A stretch of DNA of 38,637 nucleotides from an uncultured Methanosarcinales archaeon (GCA_964570335.1 CAZMXQ010000001.1:1-38637), one strand, 5' to 3'; shown: positions 15,605 to 24,937, numbered from the stretch's first letter. Program-made: numbers and translations. The notes: generated from the sequence alone by a model not told the origin.

Positions 15605-15973
15605 ATGAAGAAAGGTAGCGGATGTCGCTGTGGTGGAAAATGCTCTACAGATGCTGCTACCAAGAGAGGTGCCTCAGATAACCCTTCTCGGGCAAAGGAT
15701 GCTGGAAATGAAACTAAAAGTCTCGCAACAATAGAGTCTGATTATGGTAATATCGATGTCAAACCTGGTCCCATAAGGGACGCTGCTGAAGAGCTTGGTG
15801 TTGTTTTTGCATGCACGCAAGGTTTCTGCGGTTCTTGCATAGTAGAAGTCTTGGAAGGGGAAGAGAACTTGACTCCGAAGACAGAGAATGAAGAAGACAT
15901 GGGACTATCTGATAATGAGAGACTATGTTGCCAAGTGGAAATAAAATCAGGTAAGATCAAGATTGATTGGTGA
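15605..15973 (+). CDS. 2Fe-2S ferredoxin-like protein with Cys-rich N-terminus
   Basis: The Cys spacing is C-x4-C-x2-C-x(~30)-C (ACTQGFCGSCIVEV...RLCCQV). The N-terminus reads MKKGSGCRCGGKC. I chose the ATG at 15605; the track opens at an alternative start at 15551. Confidence 0.6.
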   Translation: MKKGSGCRCGGKCSTDAATKRGASDNPSRAKDAGNETKSLATIESDYGNIDVKPGPIRDAAEELGVVFACTQGFCGSCIVEVLEGEENLTPKTENEEDMGLSDNERLCCQVEIKSGKIKIDW

Positions 15974-16033
15974 TTAATGGGCTGGTTTTCAGCCATATAC
16001 AGTCTTAGGACTGCAAAAAAGAGGTGATGGTTG

Positions 16034-17032
16034 ATGAAGATTGCGTTTTTTGAGTGCTCTCCTATGGAGCAGAATTATGTTAAGAAAGCTATGAAAGGGC
16101 ATAGCCTCAAGTTCTTTGAGGAGCCTCTCGATGAGTCCAATGCAAAGAAGGCGAAAGGTTGTGATGCTGTTTCTGTCTTCATATACTCTAAGGTAACAAA
16201 GGCAGTAATTGAGACGCTACCAAGCTTAAAGTTTGTATCGTCAAGGTCAACAGGATATGATCATATCGACCTTAAGACATGTAATAAGAAGAAGATAACC
16301 GTTACTAATGTACCAGCATATGGTGAGAATACTGTTGCTGAACACGCTTTTGCTCTTCTGATGTCCATCTCCAGGAACATACACAAGTCCCACATAAGGA
16401 CGTTCAAACATGACTATTCCAATGAGGGTCTCGTAGGTTTTGACTTGAAAGGAAAGACTATTGGAATATTGGGAGGAGGTCATATCGGTATGCACGTCGC
16501 AAATATTGCGAGGGGTTTTGCTATGGACATAATGGTCTATGACATACACCATGATGACTTCTTATCAGAACTTATAGGTTTCAGATACTCTGATCTTGAG
16601 ACGGTGCTGAAGTCTTCTGATGTGATAACCATACATATGCCTTACAATAAGAATACACACCACCTCATAAACATGAATAACATAAAGAAGATAAAGAAGG
16701 GTGCTGTGTTCATAAACACCTCAAGGGGTGGAATAATAGATACTGATGCTCTGCTTTTCGCATTGCAGAAAGGAATAATATCTAATGCCGGTCTTGATGT
16801 GATAGAGGGGGAGAACTACTTGTTCGGCAAAGCTGATGAGGTGAAGAACCATAACATATCAAGTGGAAAAGTCCTTGAGATACTTGAAAGGAACCAGAAA
16901 CTACTTGATATGGAGAATGTGATATTCACGCCTCACAATGCATTCAACAGTAGGGAGGCCCTTTATAGGATACTTGACAAGACTATCCAGAATCTGAATG
17001 AAGGGAAGAGCTCTAAGTGCATCGTGAACTGA
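16034..17032 (+). CDS. D-isomer-specific 2-hydroxyacid dehydrogenase (D-lactate dehydrogenase-like)
   Basis: The NAD fold is GILGGGHIGMHVANIA...VYD, and the catalytic Arg/Glu/His context is NTSRGG, GLDVIEGE and FTPHNAF. GAGGTGAT at 16020..16027 lies upstream. Confidence 0.8.
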   Translation: MKIAFFECSPMEQNYVKKAMKGHSLKFFEEPLDESNAKKAKGCDAVSVFIYSKVTKAVIETLPSLKFVSSRSTGYDHIDLKTCNKKKITVTNVPAYGENTVAEHAFALLMSISRNIHKSHIRTFKHDYSNEGLVGFDLKGKTIGILGGGHIGMHVANIARGFAMDIMVYDIHHDDFLSELIGFRYSDLETVLKSSDVITIHMPYNKNTHHLINMNNIKKIKKGAVFINTSRGGIIDTDALLFALQKGIISNAGLDVIEGENYLFGKADEVKNHNISSGKVLEILERNQKLLDMENVIFTPHNAFNSREALYRILDKTIQNLNEGKSSKCIVN

Positions 17033-17053
17033 TGATTCTTATTTTTCTATTTC

Positions 17054-17060
17054 TTTTTTT
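17054..17060 (+). terminator. Oligo-T tract after the dehydrogenase gene
   Basis: A T7 run lies about 20 nt after the stop. Confidence 0.4.
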
Positions 17061-17094
17061 ACCATTATGCCTGAATCTTTTATTGGCACAAAAC

Positions 17095-17104
17095 ATTTAA
17101 AATA
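17095..17104 (+). promoter_or_regulatory. TATA box (ATTTAAAATA) for aIF5B, leaderless-type
   Basis: It lies about 25-30 nt upstream of the ATG at 17126. Confidence 0.45.
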
Positions 17105-17125
17105 AGATGTTCATTCTTGAAGACT

Positions 17126-18889
17126 ATGATACGTTCTCCAATCTGCACTGTTGTAGGCCATGTTGACCACGGCAAGTCCTCTGTATTAGATTATATAAGG
17201 GGAAGCAATGTTGTCGGTGGTGAGGCAGGTGCTATCACTCAGGCGATAGGTGCCAGTATAGTCCCTATAGAGATGATAAAGAGGAGATGCGGAAGCCTTC
17301 TGAAGACACTTAATCTTGATTTCAATATACCTGGACTCCTTTTTATTGACACACCAGGGCATGAAGCTTTCACTACGCTAAGGAAAAGAGGTGGAAATCT
17401 TGCAGATATTGCTGTTCTGGTGGTCGATGTAAATGATGGTGCAAAGCCACAGACGCTAGAGGCCATCGAGATACTGAAGAGCTATAAGACACCTTTCATA
17501 ATAGCCTTGAATAAGGTAGATCTGATAAGGGGATGGAGAACAGATGATTCTAAACCCCTTTTGAAGAGCATTGATGACCAGCAGGAGAATACGAAAGTTG
17601 AGCTTGACAAGAAACTCTATGAGTTAGTGGGAGTGCTTAATGAGAAATTTGATTTGAATTCTGATAGGTATGATAGGGTCTCTGATTATACAAAACAGGT
17701 TGCGATGGTACCATGCTCTGCAAAGACGGGTGAAGGTCTTCCAGAGCTGATGATGCTTGTTGCAGGTCTGGCCCAGAAGTATCTGAACCAGAACCTGAAT
17801 TTTGAAGTGGAGGGTCCTGGTAAGGGTACGATATTGGAAGTCAAGGAGAATAAGGGCCTAGGCACAACGATAGATCTGATACTTCATGATGGTACCATAA
17901 AAGTGAATGATACCATAGTTATAGGTGATATAGATGCACCTATAGTTACAAAAGTCAGGGCCCTCCTATTACCTGATCCTCTCTCTGAGATGAGAGATAA
18001 GAAAAGCAAGTTCAAGAATGTCCGATATGTATATGCTGCAACAGGTGTAAAGATATCTGCTCCTAATCTAGAGAAGGTCATGTCTGGAATGCCTTTAAGG
18101 GTATGCGATCCTTCTGAAGCTGAGCAAGTGAAGAGAGAGATGCTCGAGGAGCTGAATGATATAACGCTTGATACAGATGAGGCGGGTGTTATCGTAAAAG
18201 CCGACACTCTAGGAAGCCTTGAAGCGATGATAAAGATACTCCGTGATAATGGGATAAGCATAAGAAAAGCTTCGATAGGAGAGATAAATAAGAATGACAT
18301 AATGGCTGCAGAATCAAACTACGAGAAGGATCCTCTGACTTCTGCGATCCTGGGATTCAATATACCTGAGCCGAAGCTTACTATACCACAAGATGTCACA
18401 GTGATAACCAGCCCTATCATATACAAGATACTCGACGATTATACAGAATGGGTAGAAGACTCCAGCAAGAGGCAAGAGGAGAAAGAGCTTGAGAGCATGA
18501 TAAGACCATGCAAGTTCCAGTATATGATAAACCATACATTCAGACAGTCAAATCCAGCCATAGTGGGTGTCGATGTTCTTTCCGGAGTCCTCAAGGTCGG
18601 AACTCCGATAATCAACGAGAAAGGTTTTGTTATAGGTACTGTAAAGAGCATACAGCATGAAAAAGATTCTGTCCAAAGGATAGACTCCGGAAATCAGGTT
18701 GCTGTAGCTATACATGGTGCTTCTGTTGGAAGGCAGATCAATGAAGAAGACATTTTCTACGCCGATATACCAGAAGACCAATTTAGACGGCTCAAGGAAA
18801 AGAAGCATCTTCTTAAGGTACCTGAGTTGGATGCTATGAAAGAGCTTGCACATATAAAGAGAAAAGAGAATCCTCTTTGGGGAGTATGA
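17126..18889 (+). CDS. infB: Translation initiation factor aIF5B (IF-2 family GTPase)
   Basis: G1 is GHVDHGKSS, G3 is DTPGHEAF and G4 is NKVD. The length and C-terminal domains are typical of archaeal aIF5B. I chose the ATG at 17126 from the TATA spacing; a TTG at 17117 is also in frame. Confidence 0.9.
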   Translation: MIRSPICTVVGHVDHGKSSVLDYIRGSNVVGGEAGAITQAIGASIVPIEMIKRRCGSLLKTLNLDFNIPGLLFIDTPGHEAFTTLRKRGGNLADIAVLVVDVNDGAKPQTLEAIEILKSYKTPFIIALNKVDLIRGWRTDDSKPLLKSIDDQQENTKVELDKKLYELVGVLNEKFDLNSDRYDRVSDYTKQVAMVPCSAKTGEGLPELMMLVAGLAQKYLNQNLNFEVEGPGKGTILEVKENKGLGTTIDLILHDGTIKVNDTIVIGDIDAPIVTKVRALLLPDPLSEMRDKKSKFKNVRYVYAATGVKISAPNLEKVMSGMPLRVCDPSEAEQVKREMLEELNDITLDTDEAGVIVKADTLGSLEAMIKILRDNGISIRKASIGEINKNDIMAAESNYEKDPLTSAILGFNIPEPKLTIPQDVTVITSPIIYKILDDYTEWVEDSSKRQEEKELESMIRPCKFQYMINHTFRQSNPAIVGVDVLSGVLKVGTPIINEKGFVIGTVKSIQHEKDSVQRIDSGNQVAVAIHGASVGRQINEEDIFYADIPEDQFRRLKEKKHLLKVPELDAMKELAHIKRKENPLWGV

Positions 18890-20830
18890 TCAAGCAGCAT
18901 CTTCTTTTCTCATGTCCCTTCTCTCATATCTGTCCCTGATCTCTCGTGCGTATTCTGTCAGTTCAGACTTCGAGAAATCTGTCCCTTTCTCTCTGATATA
19001 GTTGGCTGCTAGGACCATCCTGCTCTTGAACAGGTCTGTCGCAAAATCAGGATCTGTAGAATCCTCTTTGGATAGCGTATCTTTCAGGGATCGCATGACT
19101 GTCTCTATATCGCTACTATCCGTACTATCGTATATTGCCTTGAGAAGTCTTTTTGATGCTTGAGTTATATCTTGCTTGTACTTATCATCCATGGTGGATC
19201 TTGCAATGACATCCTTCTCTTCATATATCAAATTACCAAGGCTCTTTCTCACATAGAAGCCTAATCTCTCATCAGGACACCCCTGCACTTTCATCATCTC
19301 ATAATTCATAGAGTCTATGTATCTCGTCTCCTGAGCCTTCCCAAGCAAGGAGCTTCTTACACTCTCTTTGTTTCCTTCACTATCCTCTCTGTGTCTCTTC
19401 CTGAAGTCTGAGAAGGCTTGCTTATTGGAATCGAAATCATGATATCCATTGAATGTTATCCTTAGGAGATCCTTGAGTATACCGAATCTCTTGAACTTTT
19501 CAGGATTCTCCTTTGCAGTGCATGCCAACCTCTCTATAGTATCTTCAAGCTGGTGAGGGTCCTTCATCTCGAGCGACTCATATAATCTACCTATGCTATC
19601 CGAAAGATTTTTCTTGACCTTCTTGTACCTTACGCTCCTTGCGTACGACTTGACATTTCTGCCAACATCACCTATATCGTTCACTATGTTGCATATCGAT
19701 TCCTCATCCTCGTGGAGAGCGCGTCTCATGATATCATTGAACTCATCACTATCTAAAGCTGAATAGAGATTACTCTTGAAATTATCTAGCATGCTTGATT
19801 TCTTTTCCTTCAGATCTGCATGGCTAATCCTATTCTCTATATTGTCTATTATACTGCTCCTGATCCTCTCGAACATCACATCGAAAGTCTCGTACGATGC
19901 GAGTTCTGACACTCTATCATTGTATTTGTTCCTCCTGTCTATCCTTTCCTTCAGCTTACCAAGCATCTCTTTCTGATTCTCATCTTCTACATGCTCTATT
20001 ACACGCCTCAGGTTCTCTTCAGCTGTAGCATCTTCAGATATGATACTTACATTGAACTCCTTCTCTAATCTTCTCATATCATCTGTGAGCCTCTCATGAT
20101 CAGGTTTTTCTTCATTTATGTACTGAGCAAGAAGGTTGGATGCTATATCATTCTTTGTCCTCTTTATCGAGTCTATGTCATTAATTCCTGGGTTTTTCCT
20201 TCCTCTAGCTCCTGGCATGATATCATTCAATCTTGTTCTGACATCCGAGAGAAGATTGCTGATTCCTCCGTTCCTCTCTTTCGGATCTTTAGAATTCAAT
20301 GAATTGATATTATTCAGTATGTAGTTTAATGTGAGAGAATGTAGACTGTTCATCTCTTCATGTGTGCTATCATCAATATTATTCGCTGTCAGAAAGGCTT
20401 CATCAATCCTTTTCTCTAGCTCTATTATAGGGAAATCGTCAACATAGAATTCTGTCTTTTTCCTCTCAGGAAATGATGTCTCTGTCAAAGATGGTAGCTC
20501 TTTCTCATACTCTAGTGCTCTTTTCATGAGGCTAGCGTTCCTGTCATTGACATCAGTTCCAATCCTTTTTCTAGATTCTTTAGCTATCCGCGTCTCAGAG
20601 TAGAAGGATTGGATTCCTCTTCTTACATTGTCATGATGCAGGCCTTTTCTCTTATCGTCTTCAGATATGTCTGCGAAGATTATCCTTCTCCTGCTATCAT
20701 TCAGTTCACGTTCCAGCCTGGACTCAGATAATGTTCTCTCTTCCAGAGGGAAGTCTTCCTCATCCTTGCCTTCAGAGAGTGTTTTCCTCATCAGTTTTCC
20801 TGGTGTCGGCATAGAGTATACTCTGCTCAT
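18890..20830 (-). CDS. Large orphan protein (646 aa), predicted helical, highly charged, no TM segment
   Basis: This is a long uninterrupted ORF in an AT-rich genome with an ATG start. The TATA-like sequence TTATTATTTAAAATTT lies at about 20853..20868, upstream on the minus strand. I recognise no motifs. Confidence 0.6.
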   Translation of the reverse strand: MSRVYSMPTPGKLMRKTLSEGKDEEDFPLEERTLSESRLERELNDSRRRIIFADISEDDKRKGLHHDNVRRGIQSFYSETRIAKESRKRIGTDVNDRNASLMKRALEYEKELPSLTETSFPERKKTEFYVDDFPIIELEKRIDEAFLTANNIDDSTHEEMNSLHSLTLNYILNNINSLNSKDPKERNGGISNLLSDVRTRLNDIMPGARGRKNPGINDIDSIKRTKNDIASNLLAQYINEEKPDHERLTDDMRRLEKEFNVSIISEDATAEENLRRVIEHVEDENQKEMLGKLKERIDRRNKYNDRVSELASYETFDVMFERIRSSIIDNIENRISHADLKEKKSSMLDNFKSNLYSALDSDEFNDIMRRALHEDEESICNIVNDIGDVGRNVKSYARSVRYKKVKKNLSDSIGRLYESLEMKDPHQLEDTIERLACTAKENPEKFKRFGILKDLLRITFNGYHDFDSNKQAFSDFRKRHREDSEGNKESVRSSLLGKAQETRYIDSMNYEMMKVQGCPDERLGFYVRKSLGNLIYEEKDVIARSTMDDKYKQDITQASKRLLKAIYDSTDSSDIETVMRSLKDTLSKEDSTDPDFATDLFKSRMVLAANYIREKGTDFSKSELTEYAREIRDRYERRDMRKEDAA

Positions 20831-20926
20831 GAGGGCGAAAGAACAGCGTTTATTATTTAAAATTTACTTTTGTCGTCACTGGACAATAATCACAGAAAAT
20901 GAAAAGAATTTGGAATGTGCGAGATA

Positions 20927-21940
20927 TCAATCTGATTTAGAATCTCTCCTTATTGGTTTTGGATAGGTTCCAGGTTCCATGAATACTTTCATCACATTAA
21001 CAGCTATGCCTTTTTGTCCTAGCATCTTTTCTGTATTGATCATGGCTCTACCATAAGCCACAAGTTCTCCTTTGAGGCTCATTATGGCCACAAGTTGGTC
21101 TGGTTCTATTCCTTCATGAAGTTTAGATATGCCTGGATTCGCAAGATTAGCACCATGACAGAGAGCATCAATAGTGCTATCAGTTATCCATATCTTAGGA
21201 AGGTGGGATACGGCTTCTTCCATCGGTCGTAAGAATCTCCTTATAGGGTCTTCATTACCTTTCTCCTTCCAATAGTACACTGCATCATTCAGATCCTGGA
21301 GCGTGCAGAGTTTCTCATCTTCATTGAATGGGCCTGCCTTTGTTCTTCTCAGCTCAACCATGTGAGCTCCAGATCCGAGATTCTTCCCCATATCATGTAT
21401 GAGTTTCCTTATGTATGTCCCTGCCTCACAACCTACCTTGAAAAGTACATCCTGATCAATGATCTCCAATATCTTGAGATAGTATACATTCCTCTCTCTC
21501 CATTGTCTCTTGACAGCAGATTTTATGGGAGGCATCTGTCTTATCTTACCTGTGAAGCTTTCTGCAGTCTGATATATCTGGTAGTCCTCATGTTTCTCGT
21601 GCAAGTGCATAAGTGCTACATATTCCTTACCTGCTGTAAGCAGGGTTTGTACAATCCGGGTGGCTCTTCCTACTGCCACTGGAAGAACTCCTGTGACTGC
21701 GGGATCCAGTGTTCCTGAATGGCCTGATCTTCCAATGCCCAGTATCTGTTGAGTGTACGCTGATACTTGGTGGCTAGTAGGACCCTTAGGCTTGTCTATA
21801 TTAATGATACCATACTTCAGGAGTTCATCTACACTACGCTTGTAAGGGTCACAGCCATGATTGCTGTCTGTCTTCGATTCTTTCTTGACAACAATCTTGC
21901 GTTCATACTTTTCGAAAGGTAGTCTAAGATCCTGTCTCAT
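20927..21940 (-). CDS. cbf5: H/ACA RNP pseudouridine synthase Cbf5 (TruB family with PUA domain)
   Basis: The segment GIINIDKPKGPTSHQV...GHSGTLDPAVTGVLPV contains the catalytic Asp in GTLDP, and a C-terminal PUA-like segment is present. I chose the ATG at 21940, about 25 nt from TTTTTTAAAAAG (minus-strand reading of 21962..21973). Confidence 0.9.
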   Translation of the reverse strand: MRQDLRLPFEKYERKIVVKKESKTDSNHGCDPYKRSVDELLKYGIINIDKPKGPTSHQVSAYTQQILGIGRSGHSGTLDPAVTGVLPVAVGRATRIVQTLLTAGKEYVALMHLHEKHEDYQIYQTAESFTGKIRQMPPIKSAVKRQWRERNVYYLKILEIIDQDVLFKVGCEAGTYIRKLIHDMGKNLGSGAHMVELRRTKAGPFNEDEKLCTLQDLNDAVYYWKEKGNEDPIRRFLRPMEEAVSHLPKIWITDSTIDALCHGANLANPGISKLHEGIEPDQLVAIMSLKGELVAYGRAMINTEKMLGQKGIAVNVMKVFMEPGTYPKPIRRDSKSD

Positions 21941-22015
21941 AGAATGCAAGAAATACTTCCTTTTTAAAAAACTAATCAAAACCGTAGACAGAAGCAAGTA
22001 TAAATTAGTGTTCTA

Positions 22016-22510
22016 TCAACTAGAATAAAAATCTTCTATATCTTTCCAGTTCCCATCAACTTTTTTTGCCAGAGTGTACTTTGATATCATGTCTTTCTGT
22101 CCAATCAATTCTTCTGAATTCCTGTCAAAATGTGGATATGATCTTGAGAGTGTCAGATGGGGATTATAATCGTCTCCAAAATACTGTTTCTTGATTGCAT
22201 CAAATCCTGCACCGGCATAATCACTTACAACAGAAATGATATTTTTGTGCAACTGTAGAAGTTCATCAGACCTCGATAATATCAACACTAAAGAATCGTT
22301 GTCAAAATCATCAAAACCCAGAGTTTCAAATTCAAAAAGAGCAAAATAGATCCGGGACAGATCATTGACTAATATGTCCTCATTCTCAAGATCCATATGA
22401 AATACACAGAGTGTAGAATGTAGTCCAGAGCTTGGAAGAGCAAGATGCTCTTGCCTCAATATAAGATCCGACAATTCTCTGTTTGGTTGGAAATAAGCAA
22501 GATACTTCAT
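22016..22510 (-). CDS. 2H phosphoesterase superfamily protein (LigT/2'-5' RNA ligase-like)
   Basis: It carries two H-x-T-x motifs (GLHSTL and NPHLTLSR), the hallmark of the 2H fold. I chose the ATG at 22510 because a TATA-like AAATATTTATAT (minus-strand reading) lies about 25 nt upstream. The track opens at TTG 22549. Confidence 0.6.
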   Translation of the reverse strand: MKYLAYFQPNRELSDLILRQEHLALPSSGLHSTLCVFHMDLENEDILVNDLSRIYFALFEFETLGFDDFDNDSLVLILSRSDELLQLHKNIISVVSDYAGAGFDAIKKQYFGDDYNPHLTLSRSYPHFDRNSEELIGQKDMISKYTLAKKVDGNWKDIEDFYSS

Positions 22511-22582
22511 AAATGATGGAACTGGATGCGCAATATAAATATTTGGCAAGTATCAGAACAATACTGCCTATATCATACACAA

Positions 22583-23392
22583 TCATATGATGCCTGGTAT
22601 CGACTCAAGCAATGGACGGGCATACTCGAATATCATTAGAAGAGTTACAAATTTTAGAGTTCTAGCAATGAGTGTTATCACGAAGAACCTCTTTATCGAG
22701 TACTTTATGAGCCCGAAACCTACTGCAGGAAGCTGTGATGGTAATGGAAGATAATTTATTATGAAAAGTATGACTCCTCCACTCTTGCTGAACCACTCGA
22801 GGAATCTAGAGTGTCCTGAACTAGCACCCTTCAGGATCTTCTTACCGAAGAGGACTCCCAGTAAGAAATTGACAAGATGGCCAAATGTGCTAGCCAGCGA
22901 TGCTACGGCAGTGACAAGAAAGGGATTGAGAGGAAGGAAGAAGAAACCTACAAATACAGCTTCTATCGGTGCAGGTACGAAGAACAATGACAGGAAGAAC
23001 ATCACATATGCTACTCCCAGAAGACTTGCTGTGCCTATAGTTGATCTCAGGTGTGTGTATATGGAATAAAGTATCTCATAATCACTGAGAAAATCCTCAA
23101 ACATAACTAGGGCTTGGGACAAGTAGGGTGATAGTATGTCATTGAAGAGCATGAAAGATGCTGCTATCAATATTAGAATGATCCAGAAGATAAGGGAATT
23201 CCCTTTTTTGCTTTTTCCTTTCTTCTTCTCTTCTGAGTGGTGCTTCCCTATCTCTTTGGAATCTCTTCTTGCTAATCTGTGCTTTCTCCTTTCTCTTTTC
23301 TTCTCTTTCTTTTTATATCTCTTCTCATGGGTTGCTTTCTTATGGCTATGTCTGTCATTCTTGTTCCCTTCATTACTGTGATCATCAGACAT
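22583..23392 (-). CDS. DedA/VTT (SNARE-associated) family membrane protein with His/Lys-rich N-terminal tail
   Basis: The multi-TM C-terminal part (FFVPAPIEAVFVGFF...GHLVNFLLGVLFGKKILK) resembles the TVP38/DedA family. The first ~65 aa are extremely basic (KKKEKKRERRKHRLARR). Confidence 0.55.
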   Translation of the reverse strand: MSDDHSNEGNKNDRHSHKKATHEKRYKKKEKKRERRKHRLARRDSKEIGKHHSEEKKKGKSKKGNSLIFWIILILIAASFMLFNDILSPYLSQALVMFEDFLSDYEILYSIYTHLRSTIGTASLLGVAYVMFFLSLFFVPAPIEAVFVGFFFLPLNPFLVTAVASLASTFGHLVNFLLGVLFGKKILKGASSGHSRFLEWFSKSGGVILFIINYLPLPSQLPAVGFGLIKYSIKRFFVITLIARTLKFVTLLMIFEYARPLLESIPGII

Positions 23393-23436
23393 GGAGGATA
23401 TTATAACAAAGATGTATAAAAAACCATTGTATTATT

Positions 23437-23592
23437 CGGTCTGTCCCAAATGGTGGAAAAGAGTATACTGTCCGTAGTAGTCAGCTGTTGCGTGATTTTT
23501 TGAATCACGCATGACTACTGACTGGGAGGGGTTGCTCCCTGCGGGAAGCCCAGTAGGACAGTATACAAAAATACTCCTTTTGGGACAGACCC
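23437..23592. mobile_element. MITE-like element: 13-bp perfect terminal inverted repeats, flanking 8-bp direct repeats, highly self-complementary interior
   Basis: The TIRs are GGTCTGTCCCAAA (23438..23450) and TTTGGGACAGACC (23579..23591). The direct repeat GTATTATT occurs at 23429..23436 and 23593..23600, one C away from each TIR. Inner inverted repeats are GTATACTGTCC/GGACAGTATAC, AGTAGTCA/TGACTACT, GCGTGATT/AATCACGC and ACTGGG/CCCAGT. The element contains no ORF. Confidence 0.5.
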
Positions 23593-23692
23593 GTATTATT
23601 GATCATTTATCATTGGCTTCATCAGTATTACTCATATCTCCTATATCTCAAGTCTTTATTCTTGTCTCTAATGGATGATTATTCTCAGTAAG

Positions 23693-23702
23693 ATATTTAA
23701 AT
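23693..23702 (+). promoter_or_regulatory. TATA box (ATATTTAAAT), leaderless-type promoter of the HAD phosphatase gene
   Basis: The TATA start lies 30 nt upstream of the ATG at 23723. The 10-mer is identical to the nrdA promoter. Confidence 0.5.
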
Positions 23703-23722
23703 CAAGAAGATAAGAAAAGACT

Positions 23723-24937
23723 ATGGACAGTATCACGACAATAGAAGAATTCTACGATGTAATGAACGAGTCTGTATATACTAGGAGAGACATTGTCGAA
23801 GCTTTGATGAGAGATGATGAGCCCGATATAGAAGATATCAAGATACTTAAAGAGATCCTAGAGAGTCTACTATCAATACCGAGAAGTGATGGAGAGTGGG
23901 TGCTCAAGACAAGTGATGGTAAGTCTATTCGCATGAATCTTGATTACGAGCTACGCGAACTGGACAGGGATATACGTTTCCTCATCAATGGAGAAGAGTC
24001 TCTTGTCTCAGAAATCTCAAGAAACGACAATGCCTTTTTAACAGATGTAAGATCAGTGATGGATTATGTTGAAAGTTCTGACGTGGATAATCTGATAACA
24101 GACAGGGATGGAACTATAAACAACTACTGCGACAGATATCTTTCAGCTGTGCAATCAGCATACAATTCTTATTTCTTGTGCAGATTTCTCAGGAGAAGGA
24201 CTCGAAATAAGAGGAAGAAGGGGATAATAGTCACATCAGCTCCTCTAGAAGGAATCACGAAACTTTCTGTAGACCCTGGGAACACATTCATCTATGCAGG
24301 ATCCAAGGGAAGAGAATTCTTGACATCGAGGGGCTCAAGAAGGGAGAAGAAGATAGATGGAAAAAAGAAAGAGAAGCTGGATGAAGTCAAGACAGGTATT
24401 CTGGACCTAATCAAAAAAAGTAAATATAGCAAATTCAGTCTTATCGGATCAGGATTCCAGGAAAAATTCGGTCAGATAACTATAGCAAGACAAGACATCT
24501 CAGGATCAATCGCAAAGAAGGAATCTGAAGACTTCTTGAAGAGGATAAAGAAGATTGTAAGAGATGCGGATAAAGGCGAAGGGCTACTTGATATAGAGGA
24601 TACTGGATTGGATATTGAGATTATGGTCACTACAGGATCCAAGAAAGGATTTGATAAGGGAGATGGAATCCTTTACATCGCTAAGGAACTTGGCATTGAT
24701 ATGAAGAGATCTTCTACTCTTGTATGTGGAGATACTTCATCGGATTTACCTATGGCAGAGAAGATTTCAGGTAAGAGCAAGAGTGCAAGATCTATCTTCG
24801 TTACAAAGGATAAGAATCTGAAAAGGAAAGTCCGAAGGAAGGTCAAGAATAGTATATTCGTATCTACACCTGATGCTCTGGTATATGGTCTTCATTGTGC
24901 AGCTAGGAAAAATAAGACTAAGAAAAACAAAAAATAG
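23723..24937 (+). CDS. HAD-IIB sugar-phosphate phosphatase-like protein (trehalose-6-phosphate phosphatase-like) with ~110-aa N-terminal extension
   Basis: HAD motif I is ITDRDGTIN, motif II is IIVTSAP, a Lys region is GSKKGFDKGDG, and motif IV is VCGDTSSDLPMAE. There are basic insertions (RRRTRNKRKKG) and a Lys-rich C-terminal tail. Substrate is not determinable by eye. Confidence 0.55.
   Translation: MDSITTIEEFYDVMNESVYTRRDIVEALMRDDEPDIEDIKILKEILESLLSIPRSDGEWVLKTSDGKSIRMNLDYELRELDRDIRFLINGEESLVSEISRNDNAFLTDVRSVMDYVESSDVDNLITDRDGTINNYCDRYLSAVQSAYNSYFLCRFLRRRTRNKRKKGIIVTSAPLEGITKLSVDPGNTFIYAGSKGREFLTSRGSRREKKIDGKKKEKLDEVKTGILDLIKKSKYSKFSLIGSGFQEKFGQITIARQDISGSIAKKESEDFLKRIKKIVRDADKGEGLLDIEDTGLDIEIMVTTGSKKGFDKGDGILYIAKELGIDMKRSSTLVCGDTSSDLPMAEKISGKSKSARSIFVTKDKNLKRKVRRKVKNSIFVSTPDALVYGLHCAARKNKTKKNKK

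Noticed and set aside
23438-23591. The structured element as an H/ACA guide RNA (Cbf5 is encoded nearby), or as SRP or RNase P RNA
   Set aside because: No ACA/ANA box lies directly 3' of the basal stem on either strand. The apical part is a three-way junction rather than a K-turn-capped stem. At ~150 nt it is too short for SRP or RNase P RNA, and I see none of their conserved motifs. The flanking 8-bp direct repeats favour a mobile-element explanation.
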